This document shows positions 17,435 to 31,500 of a DNA stretch of 64,000 bases, piece after piece. The translations under genes and the position numbers were made by a program. This DNA is from the human T2T-CHM13v2.0 reference genome, Homo sapiens, in assembly GCF_009914755.1 (NCBI RefSeq), contig NC_060925.1; one strand, 5' to 3'. How positions within the stretch are numbered: the stretch's first letter is position 1; every line of letters starts with the position of its first letter. The notes beneath the pieces are model-generated. The model was not told the DNA's origin. It ran no database searches and worked only from the letters and a program-made list of their open reading frames with translations.

Positions 17435-18987
17435 TAAATTTGTTTTGTTTTTTTTTAAATAACAAATACAAAATTATTTAGTCATACCAAGATATCCCAC
17501 TAGCTGAATATACAAAGATTTTTGGATCCCAGTGAAATCTGAGCTACTAAAGGAAAGTAGGATGTTTCTACTTGAGAAGTTTTAGTATAATTTAACATTT
17601 ATTGAGTGCTTACTATGTCCTAGATGCATGGATTATTTTATTTAATCTTCACAACACTATGAGGTCATTATCTAGTTCTATGATTACTCAGAGAAAGGTT
17701 GAGAAACAAATAACTGGTAAGAGGTAGGGCCTGGATTAAAAGTTGCAGTTTAATTCAGAGATCAGGGTTTAAACCATAGCATTAGGATATGAATATCTCT
17801 TATAGTTTCTCGCCAGTAGCTTTATGAATAATTAAATAGAAATTCTTATAAGTGAATTCTTTCCACTTTAAAATTAAAAAAATACAACTCTGTAGCACAA
17901 GAATATAAGCCTCATGAAGGTATGAATTTTTATTTGTGTAGTTATCTGCTGTAAGCTCGGCACCTAAAAGAGTGCCTGTCTGGTACAAAGTGGACATTAA
18001 TAAATGTTGTTAATTGGATGAATATTTACATCACTCTTAAAAATGAGGCACTGTATTTTTTATTGCAACATTCAAAGTAAAGGCCTGCCTCCTTTGGTAA
18101 ATACCAGGCATTTAGAATGCATATAGATTGTAATGCAGTACTGCCTCAATTTGGTTGTGTTGGAGGCCAAATGTAACTACTTACAGTAAAATTGTGATGT
18201 TATACAACCTACGCTCTTCCCTGGAAAGAATCATGAAGAAGTTTCATAGTAGTTTGGTATTATTGGAGACATTTTAGCTAATACATTCTAACTATGCATT
18301 TTGAAAAAAAAAAAGAAAAAAACATATTCTTAAAACCATGTGAATTTTCAGCCAGAAAGAGACCTTATAAATATGGACATGACTGCAGTGTGTTGTGGTT
18401 ATTATTAACGATGGTTTGTACCAAATTATGGCAAAAAATATGCCCTTTTTAAAAAATCAGTTAGGACTTTGTGTCATTCTCAAGTTCTGATGTCATCCTT
18501 GAAGAGCAGAAAAAGGTGTAGGTTAATTGGCCATTTGTCAGGAATTTCATATGACCCTGTCTATGCCCAGAAGTGTTTGCTATTCATGTGGACAGCTTGT
18601 TATGTGTCCCAGCAAGTTGAGGGGTGGAGGTTGGGGAGGTTGAAGGCTGAGAACTGCTAATGATGAACTCATCTTATATCATCACTCAGGAAACTGCAGT
18701 TGCAAAACACATCATATAAGACAAATCCTGTACAGGTAGCAAACTGTTATAATGGGGCAGCATTTCTGCCCTGATGCTTTAACCTCTAAGACAGACATCA
18801 ATGAATATCAGTCACTGAGCTAAATTATATTTATAATTGATTTTAAAAGGAAGTTCATGTGTCATTCCTCATTATGTGTTTCATTAAAATTATTGGTCCA
18901 TGTTATAAAACTTGATGGAACTAAAACAGTTTTAGGAAGAATTTTTTTACTATCAAATCTCACAGAAACTTTGAAAAGCTTCCTTTA

Positions 18988-19230
<243 letters not shown>

Positions 19231-19473
19231 TGAGATAACATGAGATTGTATGTATTTTTCAGTAATCCACTCTGAGTATTTGGGAAGTCGGATGGACTGC
19301 TGTTGCCTACATCTGCACTCAGATTATACCCGAAGCTCACATGTGGGGCTGCTTTTCTATTCTTTATGTTATTAGAAACTGAATTGTTCTGTGAGAGGCT
19401 TAGCATAAAAACACTTTAGTCACCAGAAATTATGATGTTCCAGACATATCAAAACTGATCATGTTTATTACAG

Positions 19474-19662
19474 AAAAACAACCCGAGGACGACAGCTCTC
19501 AGGCCTTCATTTCAACGCAGAATGGATCTCCCCGCCTGAACCGGGCAGAGGTCCCAGCCAGGCCTGCACCCCAGGAGCCCTATGATGTTGTCTTGCAACG
19601 AAAAGAAAATGAAGGATTTGGCTTTGTCATCCTCACCTCCAAAAACAAACCACCTCCAGGAG
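19474..19662 (+). CDS. MAGI3: MAGI3 exon (189 nt; linker plus PDZ start [20 protein letters not shown])
   Basis: ttattacag|AA AAA CAA ... CCA GGA G|gtaagg; phase 1-1. Confidence 0.94.
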
Positions 19663-21309
19663 GTAAGGGCTATTGTATCTTATTGTCTCTCCCTGCAAGT
19701 CCAGTTTTCTGAGGCTCCCACTGGAGTTTATGAAATAATTAGGAGCTATGTATAAAATGCCTTAGGTACTTATCTTTTTAAGAATGGTGAATACTTTCCT
19801 TATTTTCAAAATTAGGTAATTTGAACCGAACCTTCCAGGCTTCAAGTTTATCTATTATCTCACATTCTATAAAATATTTAATAAGTCTCAGTAGCTCCAT
19901 TTGCATCAAGGTTATACTGAAGACAGTATGTCATAGATATGGATTTAATGAAAGGTATAATGCTGACTTTTAAGAAAATGGGGACATAGGTTTTGAAAAT
20001 TAGGATAAATCGTGTATGTAGAAAATAGAGACTAGAAGCAATTGAGAAGAAGCAAAGCAGATTAACAGAAAAATCTTGACCCAAATATGTCGTAGATATT
20101 TTATGTTATTATTTAATAATAATTGCCATAGTCCAGCTATAAATTACCCTTGTTGAATGATAAGAGGCATACCTTTTATAAATGTTTCATTGAAAGGTAA
20201 AAATTTTGTCAACAATTGGAAAATGGATCTAAATATCTTGAACCAAGTTTAACAGAATATTCTAATCCAGAAGATGAATGTATTTATATCAGTTCCATGA
20301 TCAAAGGAGGAATTACATCTGATATATTCAGGGCTGTTACGATTCAGCAAATGAAATATTTGTCTTGATATTTCTATAAAATAATAATTTTTAATATAAT
20401 TATAAAATCCAGTTGAATATGAGAACCAGCTCCAAGTCAAATAATAAAAATCTTTGACCACATGAAAATGTGCCCTTGCCTTTACAAGTCAGTTTGATTA
20501 TGTTTTGAATAGTGAGATCCTTTTAGACCAAGTGGTTGCTAAAACCTTAGTTTAAAAAAAAGAAAACACTTTTAGGAAAGTGTTGTGAGCCAAATCAGTT
20601 TGCAAAAATCTTGCTAAAATTAATGGAAATGTATAAGGGAAAAAGAGTCCATGACATGGATGAGTTATTGCTATAGTATTAGGTCACTGCTCACTGATGC
20701 TAGTTTCCATTTTCCCAAAGCAGTTGCCATGGAAACACTTGGAACTGGAACTGTCACTGATGCTGTGAGGATGATAATATGGCGTGTGTCAGAAAAATGA
20801 AAGGAAAGCAGCTTTTAGGTGGTTTTCATGTTGTATCATTGGAATCAGTATTTCCAAAAACAGATAACCATTTAGGATAATGATATTGTCATTCTCGTAA
20901 CATACAATAACACCAGGCATTCAGATTAACTAAAACAGTGAAAGTATTACTCTAGTAGATAGATGCTAACCACTTTCTATATTGAAGATATTCCCTTTCT
21001 AGCACTACAGAAATTTGGGGAAAGTCTAGTGTTCACTATAAAACTAAGCTATATAGAGGAATTCAGTAAAATAAGTTTCATTGCTTAAATATATTTAAGC
21101 ATATTTTTACATTTATTTATATTTAACATTTATGTTATATTAAATTTTAATATATTAAGTATTTTTATTTGTATATATTGGTAAATTTTTAAAAATTTAA
21201 AAATCTTTAAGTAGTTTTATATTTCCTTGTTTCAATCATTTTTTACTATTGTGATGGTTTTACCTATGGAGATACTTCATCTCTTTAAGATAGTGTCATT
21301 AAGTGTTGT

Positions 21310-21515
21310 GTTTTGTAATCCAACAAACTTGGATTCAAGTCCTGCTTATGTCTTTTAATAGCTGTCTGATCTTGGGCAAATTACTTTCCCTCCAAGAGCT
21401 CCAGTTTCTTCCACAAAATGAGGATGATAGAGACACTCCCTGTCTCATGAATGTGAGGATTAAAGGAGACAGGGTATGTGAAGCCCTTAGCCAAGGCCTT
21501 CAGTAAATGTTAGCT
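21310..21515 (+). mobile_element. MIR (tRNA-derived SINE); similar MIR pieces near 9100, 14200, 17600, 26950, 36330, 42950, 44330 and 61750
   Basis: MIR core: GGATTCAAGTCCTG...TGATCTTGGGCAAATTACTT...CAGTTTC...AAAATGAGGATGATA. Confidence 0.7.
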
Positions 21516-22052
21516 GCTGTTGCTTGTTGTAACTTCTGCTGCCATTGTTATCATCATCATTATTTAGAAAATTGTCACCGTCTCTTAACTTTTCTTTTAA
21601 AAAAAAACTTTTAAAAGTTCATCAATACTTAATAATGAGATAGGAAAGAAAGCCCAATTAAAATGTAAGATTGAGGCAGCAGCTAACATGTGGCAGGAGA
21701 TGAGTATTTGCAGCTCATTAATTATCAGGCTGAATGGTAAATTAGGCTCAGGTTGTTGATGAATTTTATGTAAAGTACTTGAGATTTTCAGTCATGGTGT
21801 AAAACCAGAATTGATAATTTCACTGAAATGCTAGTTAATAATCTCATAAAATGTTGAGGCCTGAGAGTATTCTTGTTAGAATTTTATTTTTCACATATAG
21901 ACAGAAAAAGGGTCCTGGGGAAAGCTCCAATGAGGAGTTTTCACTTACAGAGACTGAACACTTGCTGCAAACTGTATGACAGAGAAGGTTTGGTTCAGAA
22001 AGGAGTTAGCACAGGTGGAAAGGCAGGAAACCTGTCTCAGAATAGATCAGTA

Positions 22053-22424
<372 letters not shown>

Positions 22425-24689
22425 TAGTAGCATCTGTGGTACCAGTTATGGAATTCTGAGTTTCTCTACTGTTGACTTTTTCAAAGATCAGGGATCCAGG
22501 TCTAGCATCCTCACAATTTGTCTAAGTGCTGAATGAATGGAGTACTTAGAAAAGGCCTCTATTTAAGATTAAGAAGACTCGGCTAGTTTTTGCTTTACTA
22601 GTACTTCAGAGCTTTTAGTGTTATTCCTTCTTATCATGTAGTTTTCAGTTCTGGTTGCAAAGGATTTCTTTGAAAAGGGAACATTTCCAGTTACTGTTCT
22701 TTGTTTTCCTGAAAAGAAATGTTTTAAGAGCACTAAAGTGATCTCAGGATCTAGACAAGCCAGGCTATGAGACAGATTTAGGCCAAAGATGAATGAAGAT
22801 GGATAAGTTGGCTTTATGGCAAATGCCTGTAGACTTTGTGTATCAACAAAAACAAGGCAGGACTGAAGGCTTTTCCCTAGCTATGTGAACTCTAAGGGGT
22901 TACCTTGAACAGTTTCCCAGTCCGTTTAGAAAATGTTCAGAAGCTACCTTTCTACTGGTCTGTTTGCTATTTTTAACTGTTCCGGTGACACTGCTATAAA
23001 TACTAAGACAGTAACAATCTGACTGCTTTTACCTTCCCTCACCCAGACAACCAGCCCTTTAGGAAGTTGTATACCACCATGCACCAATTCTTTTTACCAC
23101 ATTGCTCGCAGACTGAGAAAGGGGACCACTAAGATTTCAGAGATTAATTCTATTTAATGCTTTCCCAAGTCTGAACAAACTCCTTTTAGTGAGCCAAGGA
23201 ACTGAATGATTTTCTTCTCAGAGTATCTAGAAAGAACACTATGTTTGAGTAAATCTTTTGTAAGGAGAATAACTGAGATATTGATTTAGAAGGTCACCAC
23301 AGGGCCACCGTATGACCTGCCGTATGTTTCTGGTGTGCCACCTGTTGTAGAATTAGTGAATCAACTCATAATGCCTGATATGACATGGCCCTTTCTGCAC
23401 TGGCATTTCTCTAATTACGTTGTTTGTAAGGAAAATAGAATAATAAGTGCTTGACATAATTCAGAGCTAAAAGGCACTTCCTTCCAACATTGACTTACTC
23501 TATTTTAAGATAAAATCTGCCACTGTGTATTCCTAGAAGAGCCAGGGCACTGTCTGTAGGGAAATAAATCATCATCAAGAATAACTTTTCTACTCCAAAT
23601 GAAGGTCTATTTAAATGTCCCTTACATACTCCTAGATATGATTCAGAAATACTAGTAAGGAGCAGGTTTTACTATGGAAATTAAACATCATTCACAGTGC
23701 CATTCAAAAATATGAATTATCCCTATTCAAATCAGTCAGTAGTCAGCAGGAGCCCACATACCTGATAAGTTTAAAGTTTACTGACCTAGGCTAGGAAATT
23801 CTCAGAGAACATAGAAGGAACATTTGTTTCCTAATACAAATGCTGCCTGTTGCACGGTGGAAAATATTTTGTTTGACAAGATTTCCTGAATATCTGAGAA
23901 CTCATTTCAAGCTATAATAATAGCAGAGTATCTTAATAGTTAGTCCAGGAAGGCTCTTAGCATTATAAGCTAGAGATACAGTAGAGCTACACAGAGCATC
24001 TTTGCAATTGTATTAGACTCAGCTTTGTGTATTTGGTTTAGAATTTGATCCATGAGTCAAGTAGTCTTAACAGTTAACATTTAATGTTCCAATTCCACTC
24101 AGCTTTTCAAATTTTAAAAAGAGCCAAAGGCATAAATAAGAGGAATTAATTTACATGTGGAATTAAGTATGATTCATTTTAATTGTCAGTCATTTCACTG
24201 TACCTGAATTTCTGACCAATAACTACCGAGTGCTAAACCTGAGTTTGACCTGCATTTATTTACAAGGTTCCTTATGGGAGCAAGTGTCCCTTTAACAGAA
24301 GCAAAGATAATCTTATCGTAGCAGTTTTTAAAATAGCTAAAAACTTGTTGCAGCTTAAATGGCCAACAATAAACAATGAGACATCTGATCAGTCAGGTGG
24401 TATCAGTGAGATTAGTAGCTCTTAAACAGAACAATTACGATGAGAATGTAAAAATTAGAAAAAGGTTTCTGGTAGGTAGAAAATAGCAAAGAGGTTTATA
24501 TGCTATGATTACAACTGTGTAAAGAGTATTTATGCATGTGGGCAAAAGTGAGAAGTATGAAAATAGTTCCGTTTGGATGCGATGATGACGTGTGGTACTT
24601 TTCTGTTATGTTTTTAAATAATTTTCTTTGATGTTATGTTGAATTTTAAATGACGTTGATTATAAATCTAACACTAGCAGAAATCTTAA

Positions 24690-24941
<252 letters not shown>

Positions 24942-26258
24942 TGATCTGAGAGGCACAAAGCCTGTGTGAGGCAGTGGCCTCCTCCAGCACTGCCAGAATC
25001 ACTGCGGGGATATAACTGTATGCACGCTGGAGTCTTATTCTTCCCCTTTTCAATTTAATGAACTTAAAAAACAACTTATTATAAAGTTGTCAGCAGCTCA
25101 AGAAAAATAATCCAGCTAGTGAGTGTGGACCGTTTATTTATGTGCTAGAGAAGCAAGCACCCAGAAGTGAAAGAGACTGGTAGTACTTTTCAGATCTTAT
25201 TTTCTTAAAATAATGTCTTAAGTCTTCGCTTAAGTGAGAGAAAATCCTTTAAACAGTTCAAAGAAAGTCACTGTTGATATCAAGTCTTTTATGTCAGGCC
25301 CATGCCACAGTGTGCCTTTCCTTGGGGACAGGGCTTTGTTCTGGGCAGCCGCTTTGTAAACAGGGTAAAGGAGTGCGTGGGAATGGCTAGTAAGTGGGGC
25401 ATAAAACACATACTGGCAGCCGTGGAGTCTCCCAAACATGTTTAATGTCTTGCCTTGCTGTAAAGCTGCCTTTTGATCATTAAGAATTTCTAATTAGGAA
25501 CCATCTTTAGCCAGTCCATATTCTTTGTGAATTACAACATAACCACTATGTAATGCTCTCATTTTTCCTGATTTTGCAAAACTAACAAGGAGAAGCCAAA
25601 AACAGAATTATGAAGGGTCAGTCTTTGATGTTAAAATTCCTCATACTATAATGTGTATTCATGTTCCATTTTCTCCCATGACCCTCTAATCTAGTTGGTT
25701 TCCAAGTCTTTTATACTTCCTGGTTCTACCTTTTGTTTCTGTTCCTACCACACCACTCTCATCATTTATTTCTAAGGTATTACATAAATCTGTTCAAGAT
25801 GCTATAGGGGTTATTTCTGCATGGACATGAATTGACTTCACTGCTCCCTTAGGCCCTGTCGAATTCTGGGCAGGATTCCAAGATGCTGTGACATCCCTGC
25901 CTTTGTTCTTTCCCTTCTCCATTCTGTTCCTATACTCTTCTCAGACTCTGCTGATTCTTTTCTAAAATAATCCCTTGTAGAAGCTCCACTGCTTCCCCAC
26001 TCTCTGCCCAGAAAGTGTTCTGTGATTTTGCTCTCAGCCTTTTAAATGTACTTCTCAGTATTCTCTCCACACCCTCTCTAAGCTGGGCCTCACTGGCCTC
26101 TATGTACATGGCCTTCCCCCGCAACCGCAACTCCCATAGCACCTCCTATCTCTGCACTTCACTGGACATCATTCTTACATAACCATATCCCTATTTAAAT
26201 GGTCTGCTCTTTGTAAACAAAAAACATATTGGTTGACTATGATACTAGATGCTCAGCA

Positions 26259-26544
26259 TTTTTTTTTTTTTTTGAGACAGGGTCTCACTCTGTTGCCCAG
26301 GCTGGAGTGCAGTGGCACAGTCCTGGCTCGCTGCAGTCTCAACCTCCCGGGCTCAAGTGATCCTCTGACCTCAGCGTCCTGAGTAGCTAGGACTACATAA
26401 TTTTTAATTTTTTTTTTTTTTTTTTTTGAGATAGGGGTCTCACTGTGTTGCGTAGTCTGGTCTCGAACTCCTGGGCTCAAGCGATCTTCCTGCCTCAGCC
26501 TCCCACAGTGCTAGTATTACAGGCGTGAGCCACCATGCCTGGCC
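26259..26544 (-). mobile_element. Alu (AluJ-type)
   Basis: CTGGGCTCAAGCGATC J-type features. Confidence 0.88.
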
Positions 26545-28541
26545 AGCAAATATTTTTTGAATGAAGGAATGAGTAAACGAATGAGTGAACAAAGTAAAAG
26601 TTAGGAGATGTTAGTTCTGAGGGCTTCTGTCCCATTACCTAAGCAGAGGCTATTTAAACCCAATAAAAGAAGTAAGGCTTTTGACAAAGGCCACAGATAC
26701 CTATTAGCTAGTTACATGACAAAAAAACTACATAATATTTCTAATCTTCACTTTTTTAACTGTAGAACTGGAGTAGTAATATCTATTTCAGTATCATCAT
26801 CAGGGGTTAAAGGTGAAAATATACATAAACTGCATAAATACCCTAGGGTGCTCATCTAATATCATTATTTTACCTACATGACTGGCTCCCTCATTCAGGT
26901 CTCTGTTTAAATCTCACTTCCCAAGGAAATAATAATAGTATTTAATAAGTGTGTACTATGTGACAGGCACTGTCCTAAATGCTTGACATATATTAACTAA
27001 TACAATAATCCTAGGCAGGCACTATGGTTTTCCAATTCTTGTAGATGAGGAAACTGAGTCACAGAGCAGTTAGATGAATTGCCTGTGGTTAAAAAATGTT
27101 CTAAATGCTTACTCTCAATATCTATGTATCTCGTCTATGAACCACACTTTGGGTAGCCTTGGGATAGATTGTTAGGAAAAAAAACTACTTCTTTCTCCAG
27201 TAACTTTTCCCCCAAAATTACTGTTTAATGTTGATGGTATTTTCTCCAAGAGATTATCCAAGATTGTTCATAATTTTTCTTAGAATAAAAGTTCCCTTTC
27301 ACATTCTGGCCCAAACACTTGTGGACAGACACTTAAGATTTCCTGTGTAACGTCAGTTTGTGTGCAGAGAAAAGAGAAGGGTGGAGGGAAGCTCCCTAGA
27401 AGATATATACTTAAAGTATATTTCATATGCAGCCACAGCCTCTTAAAATACAGTCACATTTTATATGTTAAATCACATTTCACTGATCACACACTATTTT
27501 ATTATGCTCTAGGTTTTTTTTAAACTATGAAAACATCCAGAATCTCTTATTTTTCTTAGGAAAAAACAGAAAATCTTCCTTCTGTCCATAAAGATCTCAT
27601 TCATGGAGTTTGTAAGCCTTCCAGGTTCTCATAAAATTCAGTATAAAATCTATCAACTGCATTAATGAGTCAAATGAATATTTATAACTCTAAAGCTATT
27701 TTCAGAAACCACACATTCAGATCAATACCTTAGGGCAGCAGAGCTTCCCATCTGATACTTCTCCCCTTCTCTCCATCAGCCATTCCCCATTGACAGGTAA
27801 AAGACAGTTACCTAGAAAATGAACAACTCTTGGTCCCTCCATCCTTTTTTCCCCCTTTGCTAGATGCTGTTTAATATTTGTGCCTATGTTGCCAAGGATA
27901 TGGTAAGGCAAGTGTCATATTTCATAAAAGACTTCCAAACTGTAGCCAGGACTTGAGACTGTTCTCTATCATATGGCATTCCCCACAACACTACCGCCTC
28001 TTCCTCTGCCATGGTATCTTGTTTTTAAATATGGAACATAAATTTACTATATCTGGTAGTTCCTGCTTACTGTAAAAAAAAACTTAAATTATATAATTTT
28101 TCAAAATTAATTTCAAATTTTTTGTCAGGCCTTGTTAATTTTAAGAGTGAACATGACTTACCAAAGGCTACCAAGCACTCCTGTTGGAATTGATTCTGGT
28201 AGTGTTGCAATACTTTTGTTTTGTTTTGTTTTCAGTTGATTTATCTGTTTATTCCCATTTGTCTCCATTTTCCATTCTCATTTCTCTCACTGCTCCCATT
28301 GGCAAGCATTCTAGTATGTTTTATGTACTGCATTTTATTTGTACATCTTTTAAAATACATTTTTTGTTGTGTGTTGGCATTTATTTTTGAGTTACGTAAA
28401 TGTTATGGATTTTACACTGGGTTTTTCTCAGAACCATGTTGTTGTTGTTTTCTTTTAATGCCATTTTACTGTTCTAAGATCCAATCCAGTATTCCTCTTG
28501 ACATTTAGCTGTTGTCTTTTTTTTCTTTTTAATTGGGATAG

Positions 28542-28917
<376 letters not shown>

Positions 28918-30095
28918 TTAGTATATTCACAGGGTTTTGCAATCATTACCACTAGTTCCACATTTTATTGCTCCAAAAAGAAACTTCATACCCATTAGAA
29001 ATCACTTCCCATTCTCTCGAAACCCCCATCCCTAGGCAACCACTTATCCACTTTCTGTCTCTGTGGATTTGCTGGGTATTTCATATAAATAGAATCATAC
29101 AATATGTGGCCTTTTGTGTCTGGCTTCTTTCATCTGGCAAAATGTTTTCAAGGTACGTCCTAGTTGTAGCATGCATCAGTACTGCATTCCTTTTTATGAC
29201 TAATGAACAATATTTCATTATGCATACATATATTTTTCTTACCTATTAATCATTTGATAGACATTTCAGTTGTTTCTACTACTGTGAATAATGCCACTAC
29301 AAATGCTGTTTTATAGGTTTTTGTGTTGTTTTATGATTTCATTTTTCTTGGTCGTATACCTAGGAGTGGAATTGTTGGGTCGCATGGTAACTATGTTTAG
29401 CTTTTTGAAGAACTTCAAAACTGTTTTCCACAGCAGCTGCACCCTTTTATATTCCCACCAGCAATGTATGAGGCTTCCATTTCCCCATATCCTTGCCAAC
29501 ACTTATTTTCTGTTTCAGGGGTTTGTTTTCTAGCCATTCTAGTGGGTATGAAATGGTATTTCATTGTGGTTTTGATTGGCATTTTGCTGATGAGTAATGA
29601 TGTTGAACATCTTTTTCATGTGCTTATTGACTATTTGTAAATCTTCTTTACATAGAGAAATGTCTATTTAAATCCTTTGCCATTTATAACTCAGTTATTT
29701 GTCTTTTTTATTGTTGAATTGTTTTCTGAATACTAGACCTTTATCAGATACATGGTTTGCAAGTATTTTTCTCCCATTCTCCATTTGTCTTTTTACTTTC
29801 TTGATACTATCCTTTGATGCACAAAGTTTTAATGCTGAAGAAATCTAATTCCTCTATTTACAGGGGCGGTGCTTGTGCTTTGGTATCATAGCATCATATG
29901 CTTTTAAGATTTATCTGCATTGCTGGGTGACCATAATTGATTGCTTTTAACTGCTTGACCGTTTTCCATGAGTATTTACCACAAATAACCTGTCCACTTC
30001 CCTATAGACAGTCACATTGCCTACAACACTACAGTATTACAAACAATTCTATAATACACATCTTCACATATCTATGTTACAAAACAGTGTGAGAA

Positions 30096-30214
30096 GCCAG
30101 GCATTGGTGGCACATGCTTGTAGTCCCAGCTACACAGGAGGATCACTTCAGCCCAGAAGTTTAGGCCAGCCTAGATAACATAGCAAGACCTTATCTCTTA
30201 AAAAAATAAAAAAA
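30096..30214 (+). mobile_element. Alu monomer (FLAM-like)
   Basis: Single arm; TSD AAAACAGTGTGAGAA. Confidence 0.8.
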
Positions 30215-31500
30215 CAGTGTGAGAATTTCTGGGAGTGAAATTACTTGATCAGAGGGTATACATGTATTTGATTTAATATTGTCAGATTGTTGCATCCATC
30301 TACTCCCACCAGCAAAACATTGAGGATTCTGATACTTTACTTCCCCACCAGTACTTTGTATTATCAGCTTTTGAATTTGCTAGCCTAAAGCATGAAGGTG
30401 TTGTCTTATTATTTAATTTGCATTTCTCTGATTGCCCATGAATTTCAGCATCTCTTCATATGCTTGAGTTTTTTTCTTGTGGGATTTCTGTGTTGTTGAT
30501 ATTTATTGGATACTCATGAATTATATGGACTTCAGTAGTACAGTTTTGTTTTAGAGACTATAAATATCTATCTTTTTCTGCCATCTGTATGTTCTTTGAC
30601 CATGGTACCCTTTATTATACAGAAATTCTTAATTTAGATGTAATCAAATTTGTCACTTTTTACCTACAGCTTAAACTCTTGAGGTTTTATTTAAGATAAG
30701 TCATTTTTTCCCCACATCACAGAGATTTTTCTTTTATATGATCTAATACCAGATTTGTAATTTTGATTTTTGTACTTAGGTCTTTAATCCATCTGGAGCC
30801 TACCTTTGTATGTAGTTTTAGGAGGGATGTAGTTTTATTTTTTATTCTTAAGATGAGCCAGATTTCCCAACACCAGCTATTAGACAGCACTTCTTTGCCT
30901 TATTTATTTGTGATGCCATCTCTCCTATATATCAACTTCCCCTTTAAACATGAGTCTCCAAGTCCTCTATTCTGTTCTATTAGTTTATTTGTTCTTGGGC
31001 TGATGATATGTGTGTGTGTGTATTTTTTATTTTTTTATCTGTAAGTTTGTGATACATCCTAATATATCTGCTTATTAGGGAAAACCTATCTGTCTCCCTG
31101 TTTCTCAAAATTGACTACATATTCATGGAACTTTTCTATATAAAATTTTAGAACAAATTATTAAGCTCCTCCAAAAAAAATCAAAGTGCAGTTTTTTGGG
31201 GATATATTGTGTATACGCGTATATAAATATATATGTGTGTATGTATATATATTTTGGGGGTGGAGAATATCTTTACATATTAAGTCATCTCACCAAAGAT
31301 CATGGACTGTATTTCCAATTATTCAGCTCATCTTTTATGTCCTTTAATAGAGTTTTAGAGTTCTAGTATGTTCTCTCATAGGGTTCTTATTTACTCTTGG
31401 TAAGGTGAGTCTCAATAGATTATAATGTTTATTGCTGTAGTTTAACTGTGGATTTTGTTTTTATCTTTTGAAAATACACTTTCTTTTAAGTGTATTATTA

